64,000 nt of DNA from the NCBI GenBank assembly GCA_038496445.1, contig JALMLS010000100.1:191006-255005 (forward strand), written 5' to 3'. This document shows positions 34,726-48,382 of this stretch, piece after piece. The first letter of the stretch is position 1. Every line of letters starts with the position of its first letter. The notes beneath the pieces are model-generated. The model was not told where the DNA came from. It was given only the letters and a program-made list of their open reading frames with translations, and did not search any database. The DNA comes from Trichosphaerium sp. ATCC 40318. Taxonomy: Eukaryota > Protista > Tubulinea. The position numbers and the translations under genes are program-made.

Positions 34726-37700
34726 TCATGAAAAGAGATCATCTTCACCATCCTGTACATCAACAGAGAAATCAAATGATTTCTTAATCATATCGAATGT
34801 AGGACTCTTAGTGACAACAAGATCACTTGGAGAGGATGAAATATCATGCTCAGGAGTATCAGAAACAAGTTGTTGCATAAATTGAGAAGCTTCTTTTGAA
34901 AAGGACTTTGTCCAGTCTTCGCCTTGTTGAACATTTGGCGGTTGATTTTCTTGATCTGCAAATCTACCCGTATCATTTTCATCAGGAAGTGACAGAGTAT
35001 CACAATCATCAGGTAATCCAATATCATTCACGCCACGCAAATCAATATCATCAAAAAGGTCTGGCGTCTTATTAACCGAACTAGAGGAACAGAATGTCAG
35101 TATGAATCAGTTAAACACTTTTAAATTTTAAAAAAATCTAAAGCAAATGAGGTGCCAAAGGTTGCGTACCAGTCTGATAAAAAGCCAGTGCTCAAAGGAC
35201 TAAGATCAGCTGTGGTCAAATCCATGAAACTTTGATCTAAAACGTCCTCATCTTCATCAGTACCAATACCATCAATAATATCACTCTGCGAATCCTCAGC
35301 AACCGAATCAGGTGTAAAACATGGTTTAGGAACTGAAGCTGAAGGTACAACCAAGTTTTCAGGTGTCACTTGACCAACTGGCGTCACCGGTCCACTGACA
35401 GGTGTAGCATAACCATTCATATCATCGGGAGCCGTTGGCGTAACTGGTGTAGCTGGTGTCTCAGAAATTGATGAAACACTTTGCACAGGTGTTTGATGGT
35501 CGAGTTTTGTATCTGGCGCAGCAGGTGATGTTGTGGCTGAACCAAAGACAGGTAGTTCTGCCAGATCAAAGGCAACATCAAAAGCAGTTGGTGGCACAGG
35601 TACAGGCGCTCGGTCAGGCGCCACACTTGATTGAACAGGTTGTGGTAACCTACCCATGGCACGTGTTTTAGCCTTCACACTTGGCTTAGAATCCTTTGAA
35701 GATCGTTTAATGTCTTGAATGTAAGATTGCTCCTCTTCTTCCTCTTCATCAGAATCACTATCAACTTCTCGTGCCTGAGGAGTACGGAAAGAGGATTCAG
35801 GAGTATCAGGAACACTTTCAGGAGTCATAGGTGTAGTACTAACACTCCTAATAAGAATATGAGAAACAACAACAACAAAAAGCAATAAACTTACGCTGGA
35901 GAGCAGGGTAGAGGTGATATCTCAGGTAAAGGAGGAGCCGTCTTCCCTACGGGTGTAGTAAACGATGGAGAGCCACTAAAGATACGAGTTAATAAAGTTA
36001 ACTAGTAAGCAAGTGAAGTACCTAAGTACTGGAGACTGCATTTGATATGTTGGTGTTGGAGAAGGTAATGCAGGGCTTTTGAGAGTAGATTGTGGTTTAG
36101 GTAATGAAGCTGGTTCTGGAGTAAACTTAGGGCTCTCGTAAGAATCTACCTCAGCATGGCGGGTAGGTGTCTTTGGAGATAAACTACCATCCATATAACT
36201 AATCATTGTAAGGAACAAGTGTAAAAACTGAAAATCGATTTCTAGGTCTACCTCAAGCTTGCAAAATCCAATGGACGCATAGGAGAATCAGCATCACTAT
36301 CTGAACCATCCAAATCAAGATTAAGACTTCCTAATGGTGACAAGGCAGACATTTCTATTTCAAAAAAAAGTTTTAGCTTCATTTGTTTCGAAGTAAGTCT
36401 TCATGTCATTCACTCTAATACATACCATCACTATCAATATGTAGATCAAAATCAGCTGTAGATCTAGTGAAAACCGGAGATAACTCAAAGTTACTCTTAT
36501 CAACAAGCATCAAAGACTTTCGCACGCGGTTTTTCCTGCGTTCTAAAAGGGAAAAAAAATCAGCTAAGTAAGAATCTAAAGAGACAACGCACTTTTTGTT
36601 ACTGTTGTAGGCAACGGTTTAGTAAAACCTGAGCGACCTAACTTGTTAGGCTTTGTAGTTCTCACAGTTCTCTCTGACGTCAATACTTTGCTTCTATTGG
36701 CATCAAAAACCCTCTACATTACATATGTTAGCAGTCTGAAGTACAAAAATAAGACTCTTATCTTACCTTAACTTCAGCGTCAGTCACTGCGTATTGGTCA
36801 GGTAATGGTTGGAATAGATCCATATAAGCCTCTGTTTCTTTTTCGTTAGGAGATAGCCTTAGAGCTTGCACCTTGGGCATAGATGGAGGAGCCATAAGTT
36901 GCTGTATAGCAACTCTATCGTAGAGTACAAGTTAGTACAAGGCGCTCAATAGAACAACAAACGTACGGAGGCTCGTATGCTTGATTTGAAGTGACCATAC
37001 TCTTTTGGACCAATTGTTGCTGTAACGTCCTATTAACAAAGGAGTAAGCGAGTGTTGTAGAGAATCTCAAAAAAGAAAAAAAAAAGCAGACAAAAAAAAG
37101 ACATAAGACGCACTTTATTTTGCGTTCTAAGAGCGGAACAGACGCCAGCAAGTTATTGTTCAAATTTGCCATCGTCGATGCGTTCTTTGCATGTTGTGTT
37201 GTTGCGTTATCTAAAGAAAAAAATAAGTTTTTTGGTTTTTCTCCAAATGTTGTTTGTGTGAGGAATAGATTGTTTCTTACCTAGTTCTTTATTCACTTTT
37301 ACAAGATCCTCGCTTGTGGTTGTATTCGAGAGACACTTATTCAACGTATTGATAGTTTCCAACCACTTTTGAGTCAATTTCAAGACATCCAACTTGTTGT
37401 CTACATAAATACCACTGTAGTTCTGTTCGAGCTGTTTATCACTATCTAGGTCTCGCGCATCTATTGTAGGAGTGCCTGAACCAGAAATGATGTCTGGCAC
37501 GTTTGCTATAAGCGAAAATCGTTAAAATTGTTTTAATAACATAAATATTTACCTTCTGAAGTGTCAGTACTCAAATGCTCGGCGAGATGCGCCCACAACT
37601 CCTCAAGGCGAGCTTTCGTTTGATTATCTTCTGCACTCACTTCTGATGTATTTTTCATGAGCTTAGACTCCCTCTCAAATACTTGCCTGGCAGCAGAAAG

Positions 37701-38522
37701 TTGCGCCTACGTAAAAGTGTCACAACCAATAGAACAAGATTGTTTACTGCACCATTTGGGATTTGAGAGATACGTATTCTTCCTGTAAGTGTGTAGCAAA
37801 TGTGCGCCATTTATTACGTTCTTCTAAAACACCGTTTGCGTGCTCACGAAAGAGCTGTGCTTGTACCATAATTTGTAACTAATAAAAGTGTCAAATATTG
37901 ATCATTTTGAAAAAAAACATTTTAATGATAGCCAGATAGAAACACACCTCCGTTGCTTTTTCAATTGCGTCCAAGTCAGCTTCGTTGTCTCTTACAGAGG
38001 GTATCTGAGGACATTTCTTTCCGAGTCTATCCTTAACCACGTGGGTAGAAAATCGCCAAAGTAAGTTGTAGATCCTGTGTGCTGTTAGCTAAGTTTTATG
38101 GATACTGTCTTATTGTACCGATGGCCTTGGCAAGAGTGTAGATACGACAAATACACCGTTTTGGGAGGAAGGCACCCTTTTTTTCCAAGTCCATCAGCAG
38201 ACTGTGCGCATTGGAACGAAATTCGCGTAAAGAAGCCCCACGTATCTCAACTGGCCAACAAAACTCAAACAACTAAAAAAGTTTAACGTTTTCACACGGA
38301 AAGCGCGTAAAATACCTCCTTAGCCTTTCTCGGCCACAATTTTGTAAACAAGAAATGCAATACAGCTACAGCGCCGAGTACGTTCGCTAAATCGAACATA
38401 TTTCTTTTTATAACCACGCCATTGTACTTTTGAGCGGCGACATTGTTGTCCAGGCCCAAGAGCAATAAATTATTGTACAAAGCATCTTTTATTGTATAAT
38501 CTTCACCTGTACTACGTTCCAT
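34726..38522 (-). CDS. HAUS6: Augmin subunit HAUS6/AUG6 with long Pro/Ser/Thr-rich tail (apparent 1-nt frameshift at about 38180)
   Basis: LYNNLLLLGLD..MFDLANVLGAVAVLHFLF..LFEFCWPV..LREFR..LEKKG//LPPKTVYLSYLHSCQGHRIYNLLWRFSTHVV resembles the HAUS6 N-terminal domain. Confidence 0.78.
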
Positions 38523-38642
38523 ACCATCACACTTCCCGCCTTTTTTTGTAAAATGGCAAGGTGTCAGAATTTTTTGGCTAAGGCAGCATGTCGTGACGTT
38601 ATTAAGTTTGTCCTTTCATAAAATTATTTGCTGACTGTAACC

Positions 38643-39891
38643 ATGTCTGAAGCTAAACCCCTTATCGAAGAACCTAACGAAGAAACGGATCAAGTAGTAG
38701 ATCCAGTCTCTGTCTCCGCAGGTGCGTTAAATACTGAATTTCAGTTTTTACCTAAACAAAAAAAACCGCATTGTCTCATAGTACTCTTCCAGAAAAGCAA
38801 GAAGACGTATCTGACGACGAAGCAGAGAGCCGCACCGAAGCAGATGACGGCTCAAAAGCAACTGGAGAATCCCTTTTTGCGCCTCTTGTATCGGCAGTAA
38901 AACGCCACCCAGCTTACGAGTCGAGTGCGTGATTTATTTCTGTTATTCCTTTAGTATTAGGCTGATTTGCCGCTGATCACTTTTTGTAGCTCTAAAAGTG
39001 CTCTACTGGGAAGACACCGTAAAGTCCGGTCTTATTTTCGGTATTGGAAACTTTTTCTTCTTTTTGATCACCTATGGCGAGTACACGATTGTAACTTTGG
39101 TATCCTACCTTCTATTGGCCCTACTATTGGTATGTTTCGGCTACTCCAAGTTTGTAACCTTCCGTGGCGGACAGAATCCATTCGCGTACGTTTTTTTTTT
39201 GAAAACTTGAAACTACAACAAACTCCAACTCTCCGTTTGAACCCTTGGAGTCCTCTATTCTAGTAAAACAACGCAGAAAGCGTTTTTTTTTGCGTAACTA
39301 ACTGTTCTCATAGCGAACGTCTAAAGAATATCGACTTTTCAATCAGCAGAGAAACACTTACTGAACACGTTGAATGCGTATATGCAGCATGGGAAGCACT
39401 ACGCGCTATCTCAAGAAAGATCTTCTACTGCTCAGACCTTGCATTAACAGGAAAGGTAAGCGCATACGCGTCAAAAAGATCAGAACGGAGAATTCTTTTA
39501 TTTTATTTTTTTTTGTATCTTGTTTTGACGTTTTTTGTTAATAGGCTGCTGCCAGCTTCTGGGTCATGTCTGTAATTGGTAACTGGTTCTCTGGCGTCAT
39601 CTTGTTGTACAGCTGTGCGTACACGTGCAATTTTCCTTTTCACTGATTTATTATAAGGTTTCTTGGTTTTCTTCATCTGGCCTCGTGTCTACCAAGAGAA
39701 AAAGGCTGAAATTGATGCCGCTGCACAAAAGGTAAGGCTATGAACTTGTATATTGTTTATTGCGCCAGTTTTTGTCAAATCGGTTGTACTTATTCTAATA
39801 GGTTATGGCTGTTGTAAAAACACAACTCGCTGTTGTCTTGGAGAAATTGCCAATGGATAAAATCCTTGGTAAAAAGAAGAAAAAGGAGTAA
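38643..39891 (+). CDS. Reticulon-family ER-shaping protein
   Basis: VLYWEDTVKSGLIFG followed by two long hydrophobic hairpins; FFIWPRVYQEKKAEIDA; C-terminal KKKKKE. Confidence 0.88.
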
Positions 39892-40107
39892 ACGTTACTC
39901 AGGAACTCTTTTGTATATCCGTCATTTGTGTGTCAAATACTCATTAAAAATTTGACCTACACCTTCTTGTGTTCAAATTTTTGTTTATTTTAGTGAGATT
40001 TTTGATAAAATTGCTTCACGTGAGGGGTTTTTTTTATAATACAATTGTAATGCTTTTTTTTTAGCGATTGGTAGTGATTTTAATTTTCTTTTATGACGTA
40101 AAGTGAC

Positions 40108-42413
40108 TCATCTTGTTCTTTGTTGTTTTTTAAGTCGAGCGAACTGTGCCAGTTCGTTTAGTTTACGTTTAGCTCCATTGCAATCTGTCTGGATGAAATG
40201 CGGCGTTAAACCTAACCTTTGAGCGTTCTTGATGCGTGCTGGATTAACTTGTAGCGAAGGTACATCATCGTTCACCATAGCGCGTGTGAACTGTCCTGCA
40301 CGTGAAGCATAATCTTCCGAACGTGAAGGCCCATTAATTATAGATCGCAAGCTCATAGGTTCATTCGAAGTTGGCCTTCTTGTAGTTACAACAGTGGCCG
40401 GGGTTGGCGACGGAGAAGAGTGAGTCAAATCTCTGAAGAAAATAAAAGTTAGCGATCGTATAGCGCAATAGGCGTACGTGATAACGGCATTCCTATTTAT
40501 ATTAGAGGAACCCTGGGACATACTACTGTCTAAAGGTCCGAAGCGTTGGCGATAAAGATCAACTGTCTTTGCTACTTTTCTCAACTCTCCTTCAAGCTTA
40601 CTCTTGTCCGCCAACAGTTGAGCACGTTCTGTTTCAAAATAGTAACTGTGAGGTACTACATACGCTGGGTATGGCACTGAATGAAATTGGTGGGGGTGGT
40701 GGAACGGGTTATTAGGAAGAGTATACGAGGTTACTTCAGGACTGTGTACCTATGCTATTTTTAGTAAATTTTTCTAACAAACAGGCCACAATTTCAATCC
40801 ATTTTTTTGTGCGACTTTTTTCTTAGTTTCGTTTAAGAAGGTTTACAACCGTACGTTTGCGTTTAGCCTTGGCATGTGGTTGTGGTTATGAGGTGCTAAA
40901 TATGTATAGGGTGTCCGTGAAGGTATCTGCGGAAGTAATTGAGAACGCGATGATAACGCGGGTAGAGCATTGCCGTTTCCCTCGGAAGTAAATTCAACCT
41001 TTAAGTATCCTTGAACAAAGCAATGAGTGCCTGGAATTCAATAAAAGAAAAAACCAAAAAACCCAACCCAGCAAGCCGGTTGTTTTAATGTGTACCTTTA
41101 CTAGCCAACTTGGCTTGGCTCAGGTGAGTGTATTCGTAAGGGTCCGTGTCTACGTTAAAATGGGTAACGCCAGGGTGCCATAAAACTAAAGAAACTAACG
41201 AAACGCCGCCTATTTCTCTCTTTCGAGGTTGGCACTTCCCAGCGTCGTCCGAACTACGTATACAAAACTGTCTCCACCCCCGAATGTAAGCTTTATAAGC
41301 CTGCTTGATGTCCAATAGGTCTGTCTCGTTTATAAAGATGAGAAAACCGCGGTATGCAACTTTTGATGTTTTAGACTCTTCTGAGAAATCACGAGGTCCG
41401 CTGCTAAAAAAAAAACCGGTTGGTGAGCACGTGAAAATAACTTCAGACGTTAAAACGTACTTTTGGTACTGCTTGTTGGGTTCTCTTTGCCAGCAGATCA
41501 CCTGTAAACAATGTGTTACACATGAGATCAATTCGAGGCATATAAGGGTTGGTTTATTGCCAAAATTAATATTGGTCCGTTTGGCATAGTTTATATTATT
41601 GTACAATAAGAAAAAAAATATTTTATCAAAAAAAAAATTAGCGTTAGAGTCTAATTCCTTGCCTCCTTTCGCTTTACAACGGTATGTTTTAACAAAGGTA
41701 ATGATACATAAATTTTACGAAGATGTCCGTAGGTTTTTTTAAAGCGTTCGAAGCATAGAAAGATCATCGGCAAGGCATAAAACCCTTCCTTTTCTTCCCC
41801 AAGATCTGAATAAAACAGCTAGCGCACCTTACATTGTTTGCTCAAGTCTATATACTTTTTAGCGCGCAGTAGCGTCGATACGAGTATAGTTGGTCTTTGT
41901 TCAACTAGAGCCATGTGTGTAGAGCAAATTCCTGGTGTTATGAAGTCACGAATTTGATGGTCAATATCGCATTTTTGCCATGGTTGACGCGATTATAATA
42001 AAAAAAAAAAAACGTGATTGTAATCTTGTTTCTTATTGATACTACCATGCGTTTAGTGATAACTAGGAACTGTGTATTTTCTATTTTATGAAGTTACGAA
42101 AACGTAAAAAGCTACATTAAATACTTGTGACAAAAACAAAGGCCTTTTTAGAAATTCTATAAAGTGACCAGGAAATTTTTTTTTTTCACTCGAGATTGTA
42201 TTGTATTTTTTTTTTTTGGTGCACCACGACCGGAGCGAAAAAAAACCCCCAAGGATACTAACTGATAGGAGAAAAAAAAGCTGTAAAAAGAGGGAATAGT
42301 GTACCTTTGATTGGTTCGCGTCTCAACAGCATTCTGTTGATCATTTCATCGTCGACGCATTGACTAACCTTTGACTGCGATCGTTCTATATTAAACATCA
42401 GGTTCCTCTCCAT
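40108..42413 (-). CDS. Hypothetical multi-exon protein with globular N-terminal region, His/Pro-rich linker and short coiled coil
   Basis: Open exons bounded by splice signals; C-terminal ERAQLLADKSKLEGELRKVAKTVDLYR and basic AKRKL..RLKKQQRTR. No family recognised; boundaries approximate. Confidence 0.5.
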
Positions 42414-43689
42414 TCCGAGTGAAACAGTGTGCGTTGTATCTTACAAATTGAAAAGCGTTCAAAAAAGGTACCTTGTACCAGACATGAATACCAGTCGAAA
42501 AGTATTGAATTAAATCCAATTTGAACAAGTCGAAGGCATTCACAAAGTATTAGGTGTAAACCCCGAGTATATTTAATGTTGTAAAAGGTTTGCTGTGTCT
42601 AAAGGAGAAGTTTGTTACAAAACTAGAACGTACTCTAACGTTATTACTAAATTTTTTTTGCCTACCTCTTCGTTTGTCCCACGCGAGCGTTGTCGTGCCC
42701 TTAGAGGAACGCGAGCCCGTTTTATTTTTCTATCCAATCACAGCTATGGCCCACGTGTATTCGTGCTCATTATGATGTATACAACTGTGTTGTCAGTAAC
42801 ATACAGTTCTGTTTAGTGTCAAATAGCAACCAACTGTAAATAGTTAGTTCAACCTATAGTGGTCACGTTAGCATGCTGGGCACCGTAGCTCGCCATGATG
42901 CTAGTGCGGAGTATCACTAGCTTTGGTAACTTATCTAAAACGGTTAGCATTTACGAGGTTACGATGTAGATCATAGGTAGTGAGCTCTTTGGTGTTTTTG
43001 GTTTGGTTGTGAAGTAACAACTAATAACGACTTAATTGTTACATCCTTACACGTCACTAGACTACCCACAGCATGATGTCACGTGATGGCCTAACGTATT
43101 TACATTTTAGATAGTTTCAAACGGTGTTTTTATGTTACACCGAATCCTAATTGTTACATAATGCGTTGTAGAAAAGCTATGAATTGGATAGTCAAGCCAT
43201 AAACAGTAAAAAAGCAGTGATAAGTAAGAATTCTTAGCGGTTGACATCTCCGCTTCAAAATACAGCAAAAATATGTAGTACAAATTTTGTATTGTATGTA
43301 CATTATCATTCAGACGTCATAGCGTGAAAGTACGTTGTGTTACCCAAATAAGAAGCGATACTAATATTTTTTGTTCGAGTAAGAAAACAAAACATGACAT
43401 TTTTCAATCAAAAAAAAATGAGCTAACAACTAACCTGAAAGCGTTGACACTGCAAAGTACTTTGTCTCGTAATCCCTATCGCGAGATGTTGACTCCATTC
43501 TATCGCACGTTTGTTCTTTCAAGAAAGCATAAGCGTAAAACCAGAAAAAGCATTTTTTGTGGCACCTAGGAATTTTCGTCCACCAATAAACCCTCCAAAC
43601 AATGCTGTCAGCAATAAGTACGTTTTGACAGATCTTTTGTGATGCCGTTGTGGGTAAAACTAGCAAGTTATAAGATGCACTGTACAGTG

Positions 43690-46380
43690 GTTCACACAGC
43701 ATGAGTTATTTATGAGGTACCTCCTCAAACAGGGCGTATGTAACGTCATTAACCACCTTTAGGTATATGAAGGCCGCCACTAGCGCTGGAATGCGCCATA
43801 GGCCATTGTGTTGTGAAAATAGATCAAATAGCTTTGTACGCTCGAACCACTCGCGCCCTACGCTTAGTGCGTTTTGTAAGTTCATTTTACACCATCGTTT
43901 TACGAAATGAGCGTTAAGTGTCACAGTAGCTAAGCCAAATTTAATGTGATGCTTGATGTACACCCATGGCGCCGGTAATTTATCTAGAATAGCACATAGA
44001 ATAAGAAACCAGCCAAAGCAAAAATACCCGTCAAATGGCTCAAATAGTTCTAAAGACGCTGTTCCAAACCCACGCGATGCCAATAAACGCGTTAAAGACC
44101 AACAACAAATACGTTTATTAGAGACGAGCTCAAACATAGCTCCTTCGTACCACAGGGCATTCATTGAGAAGGTAAACAATATTCTCTTCGCTGCACTAAC
44201 ATTCCTACAAGATTGAGCAAACATTTCACATCAAAAAGCCAGAACAGTGGTATAAATATGTGACAAAGGATTTGATAAACCTGGGAGGAAAAGGAGTGTT
44301 GGCGTGAGTGAACGAAAGGTAAACAATTAAAACCTTAACGGAAATTTGTAGCCACTACAACAATTCATTGCTTGAGTTTTTAAAGCGTATGTACCCAACC
44401 TTCGATTGGGTTCCCTGGAAGTTTAGTATGTACTACATCTGTACCGTTTATGACTCGCTAAATAAGGTTATATAGAGAGTGTACCAAATGATTTTTGGAT
44501 GTCAAAGACAAACCAACTTATTTATGTTGATCATGTGCGTGCATAAAAGTAAAAACAAACTTTCTTCTTACAACACTAAAAGGTAGGGAGAGATCTAAAT
44601 ATCAAGATGTTAGCAGATTGGTATGATGTTCATACAACCGATTTTAAAGCGACAGGTGGCGGTGGACTCATGTAGTACGTCGATACATTTGACATTGAGG
44701 TGAGTAACACAGTATAATAGCATATACAACAACTCAATGCAAAGGATGTTAAAAAAAGTGTACCCTGCCTATAACTGGAAAAAGACAAGCTTCTGTACGT
44801 ACTGAGAGCCGCATGTAATTTCTCATACTTTGTAATAGCTACAGCGTGGTTTAGATGGAAGCACCGAAATATTCAAAATGCTTTCATTATTCGGGTACAC
44901 TACCGACTTATGTTTTACGTTGACGTCTTTCTGCAGGCTGAACGTTATTTCAAAATCAATAAACTAGAGGATTGGTATAACGTTACAGTCATGGAGTTCA
45001 TAGAATTTGGTGGGCGCAGTCTAGTGTTGTAAGTAATTGATGTCATAGCTTTTGTCATACTAAAAACATAATTAAGCCATTTTGGTTCTTTGTCCAGTAT
45101 TCTTACCCACATTTACCCTGATACTAAATGGTTGCCGTGGAAGTTTGGTACCTCAATACTATTTATAGTGATTGGTTATTCACTTTCCGTGCTAGTAACA
45201 TGCCCACGGAATTTCTGGAGTTCGATGGAAAATATTAAAACTTATATCATTCATGTATACATAGTATTGATTTTGTGGTTAAGTGACGAGTTGTAGATGG
45301 AGGAAGATTTAGGAATAAAGAAGCTACCAGATTGGTATGGTATAATGGTTAGAGACTTAATGGTTCGAGCTGGTAGAACTCTTTTAGAGTACGTTCTTAT
45401 TATATAACCTTGTAATATTAACACGTGCAAGAAAATACAACGAATCATTACACCAAACCTTACTTGCTGTGTACCCAGATTATAAATGGCTTGGTTGGGA
45501 ATTTAGTAAGCATATTTTATTGTTAAATCAAGGCGTCTAACAGTACTTTGTTAACAGAGAAAACACCAACACATTTTTGGAGTGACATGCATAATATTAC
45601 AGAATTCATTAAGCACTGCGAAGGTGAACTTAAAATTACTGAACCAGAACAATGGTATCGTATTTCAAGAGATGCTATTTCAAATATTGGAGGCGGTGGT
45701 TTCGTTAATAGGCTTTGGCCTCAGATACTAGATGTTCTGTATCCGGAGATTTCGTGGAAAGAAGTACTCGTTGCAGCAACAGAAAAAAGAGCTTCTCAGA
45801 GAGTACTTCATGCTTTCATGTCTAGAATGTTTCCTAAGCATGATGTTCTTGAAGAATATAGACTTGGCCTTCAGTGGGGACATACAGGCCATGAAGTTAC
45901 ATTGGATGTATTTATCCCTGCTCTACGACTAGCTGTTGAGTACCAAGGTAAATTTATTTGTTGTGAAAACAGATTTTGACGTCTTCCAAAGGCAAACAGC
46001 ACTATGTTGACAATAATGAATGGCTTGGTCCGTCTTCCCTCTATGAAGCCAGGGATAATGATAAACTGTTCATTTGCAAGTATCAAGGTACATATCTTAT
46101 TTCAACGAGATGTATAACACTAAAAAGGTGTCACAATTGTATCTATTCCTTTCTGGTGGGATCAAACTGATTATGATTCTTTACTGGCAACGATCGCTCA
46201 CCACAGGTAACTTACAACTTCTCTAGTTTGTAGGCGCAGTTTTTGACAAAGTGTAGGTCGGATCTGGGCCTTGAAGTACCGGCGGATGCTGTTCCTATGC
46301 CGACAGATTCAGACGCTACTATGGCGTGTTTGAAACTTATGCAACCTAACAGACACAGTGCCACTCCTGTAAAATTATAA
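43690..46380 (+). CDS. Protein with about five Trp-rich repeats of about 70 aa and a C-terminal restriction-endonuclease-like (RAP/DUF559-like) domain
   Basis: Repeats IKKPEQWY..GGKGVL..YPTFDWVPWKF..VPNDFW; IKMLADWY..GGGGL; INKLEDWY..YPDTKWLPWKF..CPRNFW; IKKLPDWY; ITEPEQWY. Then LDVFIPALRLAVEYQGKQHY..RDNDKLFICKYQGVTIVSIPFWWD. Start uncertain. Confidence 0.75.
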
Positions 46381-46485
46381 CATTACTTCAAACAAAAAAA
46401 GATTCAAATTAGTCGTTAGCGCATTTCGATCTAGTCTTGTCAAGTCACTAGATATTTAGTTACACGTTAGCCCAACACATCTAAA

Positions 46486-48110
46486 ATGTTTGCTCGTTGC
46501 TCTACTTATTCGTTGCGTTCCACAGCATCGGTAAAAAAAAACCGTCACGCTACCCGCTTCCGTGTTAATCGCCCTTCGCCTGTACTACACGCTCAGAACT
46601 TCTTATCTCCTTCTTTTGCTTTTTTTGCAGCGAATAACTACTGCACTTCAGCAGCTACGCCTAAAGGTACTAGCCATTGCAACAAACTCCGATAACCCAT
46701 TTTAGAGCTATCACTTCTTGTCGATGGCGCTGGTGTTCTATCGCTCGCAGTACCACTACCATCCAACCAAACGGAAGTATTTCGCATGTCGCAAACATCG
46801 TCAGTTCGCACTCTACTGAACGACATTCAAACCGAGGATGCGTCCGTCAAAGTTGCCCAAATAAAACGCAACGATGGAAATATAGTGGCAAGAGCAACAT
46901 TGTTGAAGGTACAACGGTTTTTATTATATCTTTTTAGTCGGGGTCTCTAAACAACGTTCTAAGGACATCCTCTATACTCCATGGCGCTTGGAGATAAATG
47001 ATCAGGAGTACATTATCAAATCTGCGCGTTCGAAGAGTGCGTACCTGATTCTATTGTAGATGTTAACAAGTGCACTATAGTAAGCGCCACTGGCGAGTAC
47101 ACCGACATTGTAGAGACGGCAGAGTTTCAACAAATAAAACAACGTATTGAGAAAGCCGGTGAGACCAAGAAGGCAATAACCTTCACAGAGTTCAGCGAGT
47201 GGTGTGAAGATCTCGGCGTAGAAGATCCAAAGGTAAATCTTTGCAGAAAAAAAAATTCGTCAAGCCCGATAACTTGTACTGATTACTCTTCAGGGTGTTT
47301 GCTCTGTATTGCACGATATGGAAGTGATTTTCCACTTTAAAGAACACTCAGAGCTTCAAGGACTATTGTTCCTTCACGCCAAAGATATTGTATCGCGAGT
47401 GCAGGTAATTTAAAACTATTTGTTTTTTTATTTGTAGACTGTGAGTGACTCCTTCTATAGGAAGCTATGGACGTTAGCACCATCAAAACTACACAAGAAG
47501 AAAGACTTCAATTGGTCAAGCAACTTGAGGAGGAATTGAAACCTATGCACGAAGAGTATCAAAGATTGCGTGCTAAGGCATCACGATCTGCTGCTATTTG
47601 GGTACATATCAGCACTTCTAAGTAGAGATTTATTGATCGTCCTTGTAGGCATGGGGTGGTCTCGGTGTTCTTTGCGGTCAATTTCTCATTTTCGCACGCT
47701 TAACGTGGTGGGAATATGCTTGGTACCTAGTTGTTTACTCGCTTTTATATTGGCGCTAACTTTCGTGATAGGGACGTTATGGAGCCTATCACATACTTTG
47801 TAACTGTAGTTGAGACAGTTGTTGCAGGTTACATCTTCTACATGTACTCTAAAAACGAGTTTACATTTATCTCTGCACGTAAGATTTGGGTTGAGAATAA
47901 ACTCAAATCTCTTATTTCATCCGGTGGTACGTGATTTCTGAGTTTGTTTTCACTACGCATACGTGCTTATACCTTTTTTTTATAGGCTTTCCAATCAAGG
48001 ACTATGAAGACAAGAAGCAAAAGAGGCTTAATACTTTGGCTGAAATCGAAATTTACCGTGACCAACCAAAAGAGGACGACATTTTCGCTGATGACGATGA
48101 GGAATTGTAA
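46486..48110 (+). CDS. MCU: Mitochondrial calcium uniporter
   Basis: Mitochondrial presequence, coiled coil, then [34 protein letters not shown] containing the WDxxEP pore signature. Confidence 0.92.
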
Positions 48111-48382
48111 TCGCTTTTTTACGGACTTTCTACGCCTTTTCACTACTTGCTTGTTTTGTATGCCAATAAATACTGAATAAAAGGGGTAAATATCCCTACA
48201 GAACTATTACACGACCAACGTATTGTTAATTGACTTGGACGTTAATTAATTGTCTTTTTCGGAGTCTCACGCTTTTTGGGTACTAAAACTGTGACTTAAT
48301 GTTCAGCGTGCCAAGGTATTATCTTACAACCATGCCGGAACAGTAGTACATTAACTAAGCGCTCACTGTAGAGTATTGTCGA

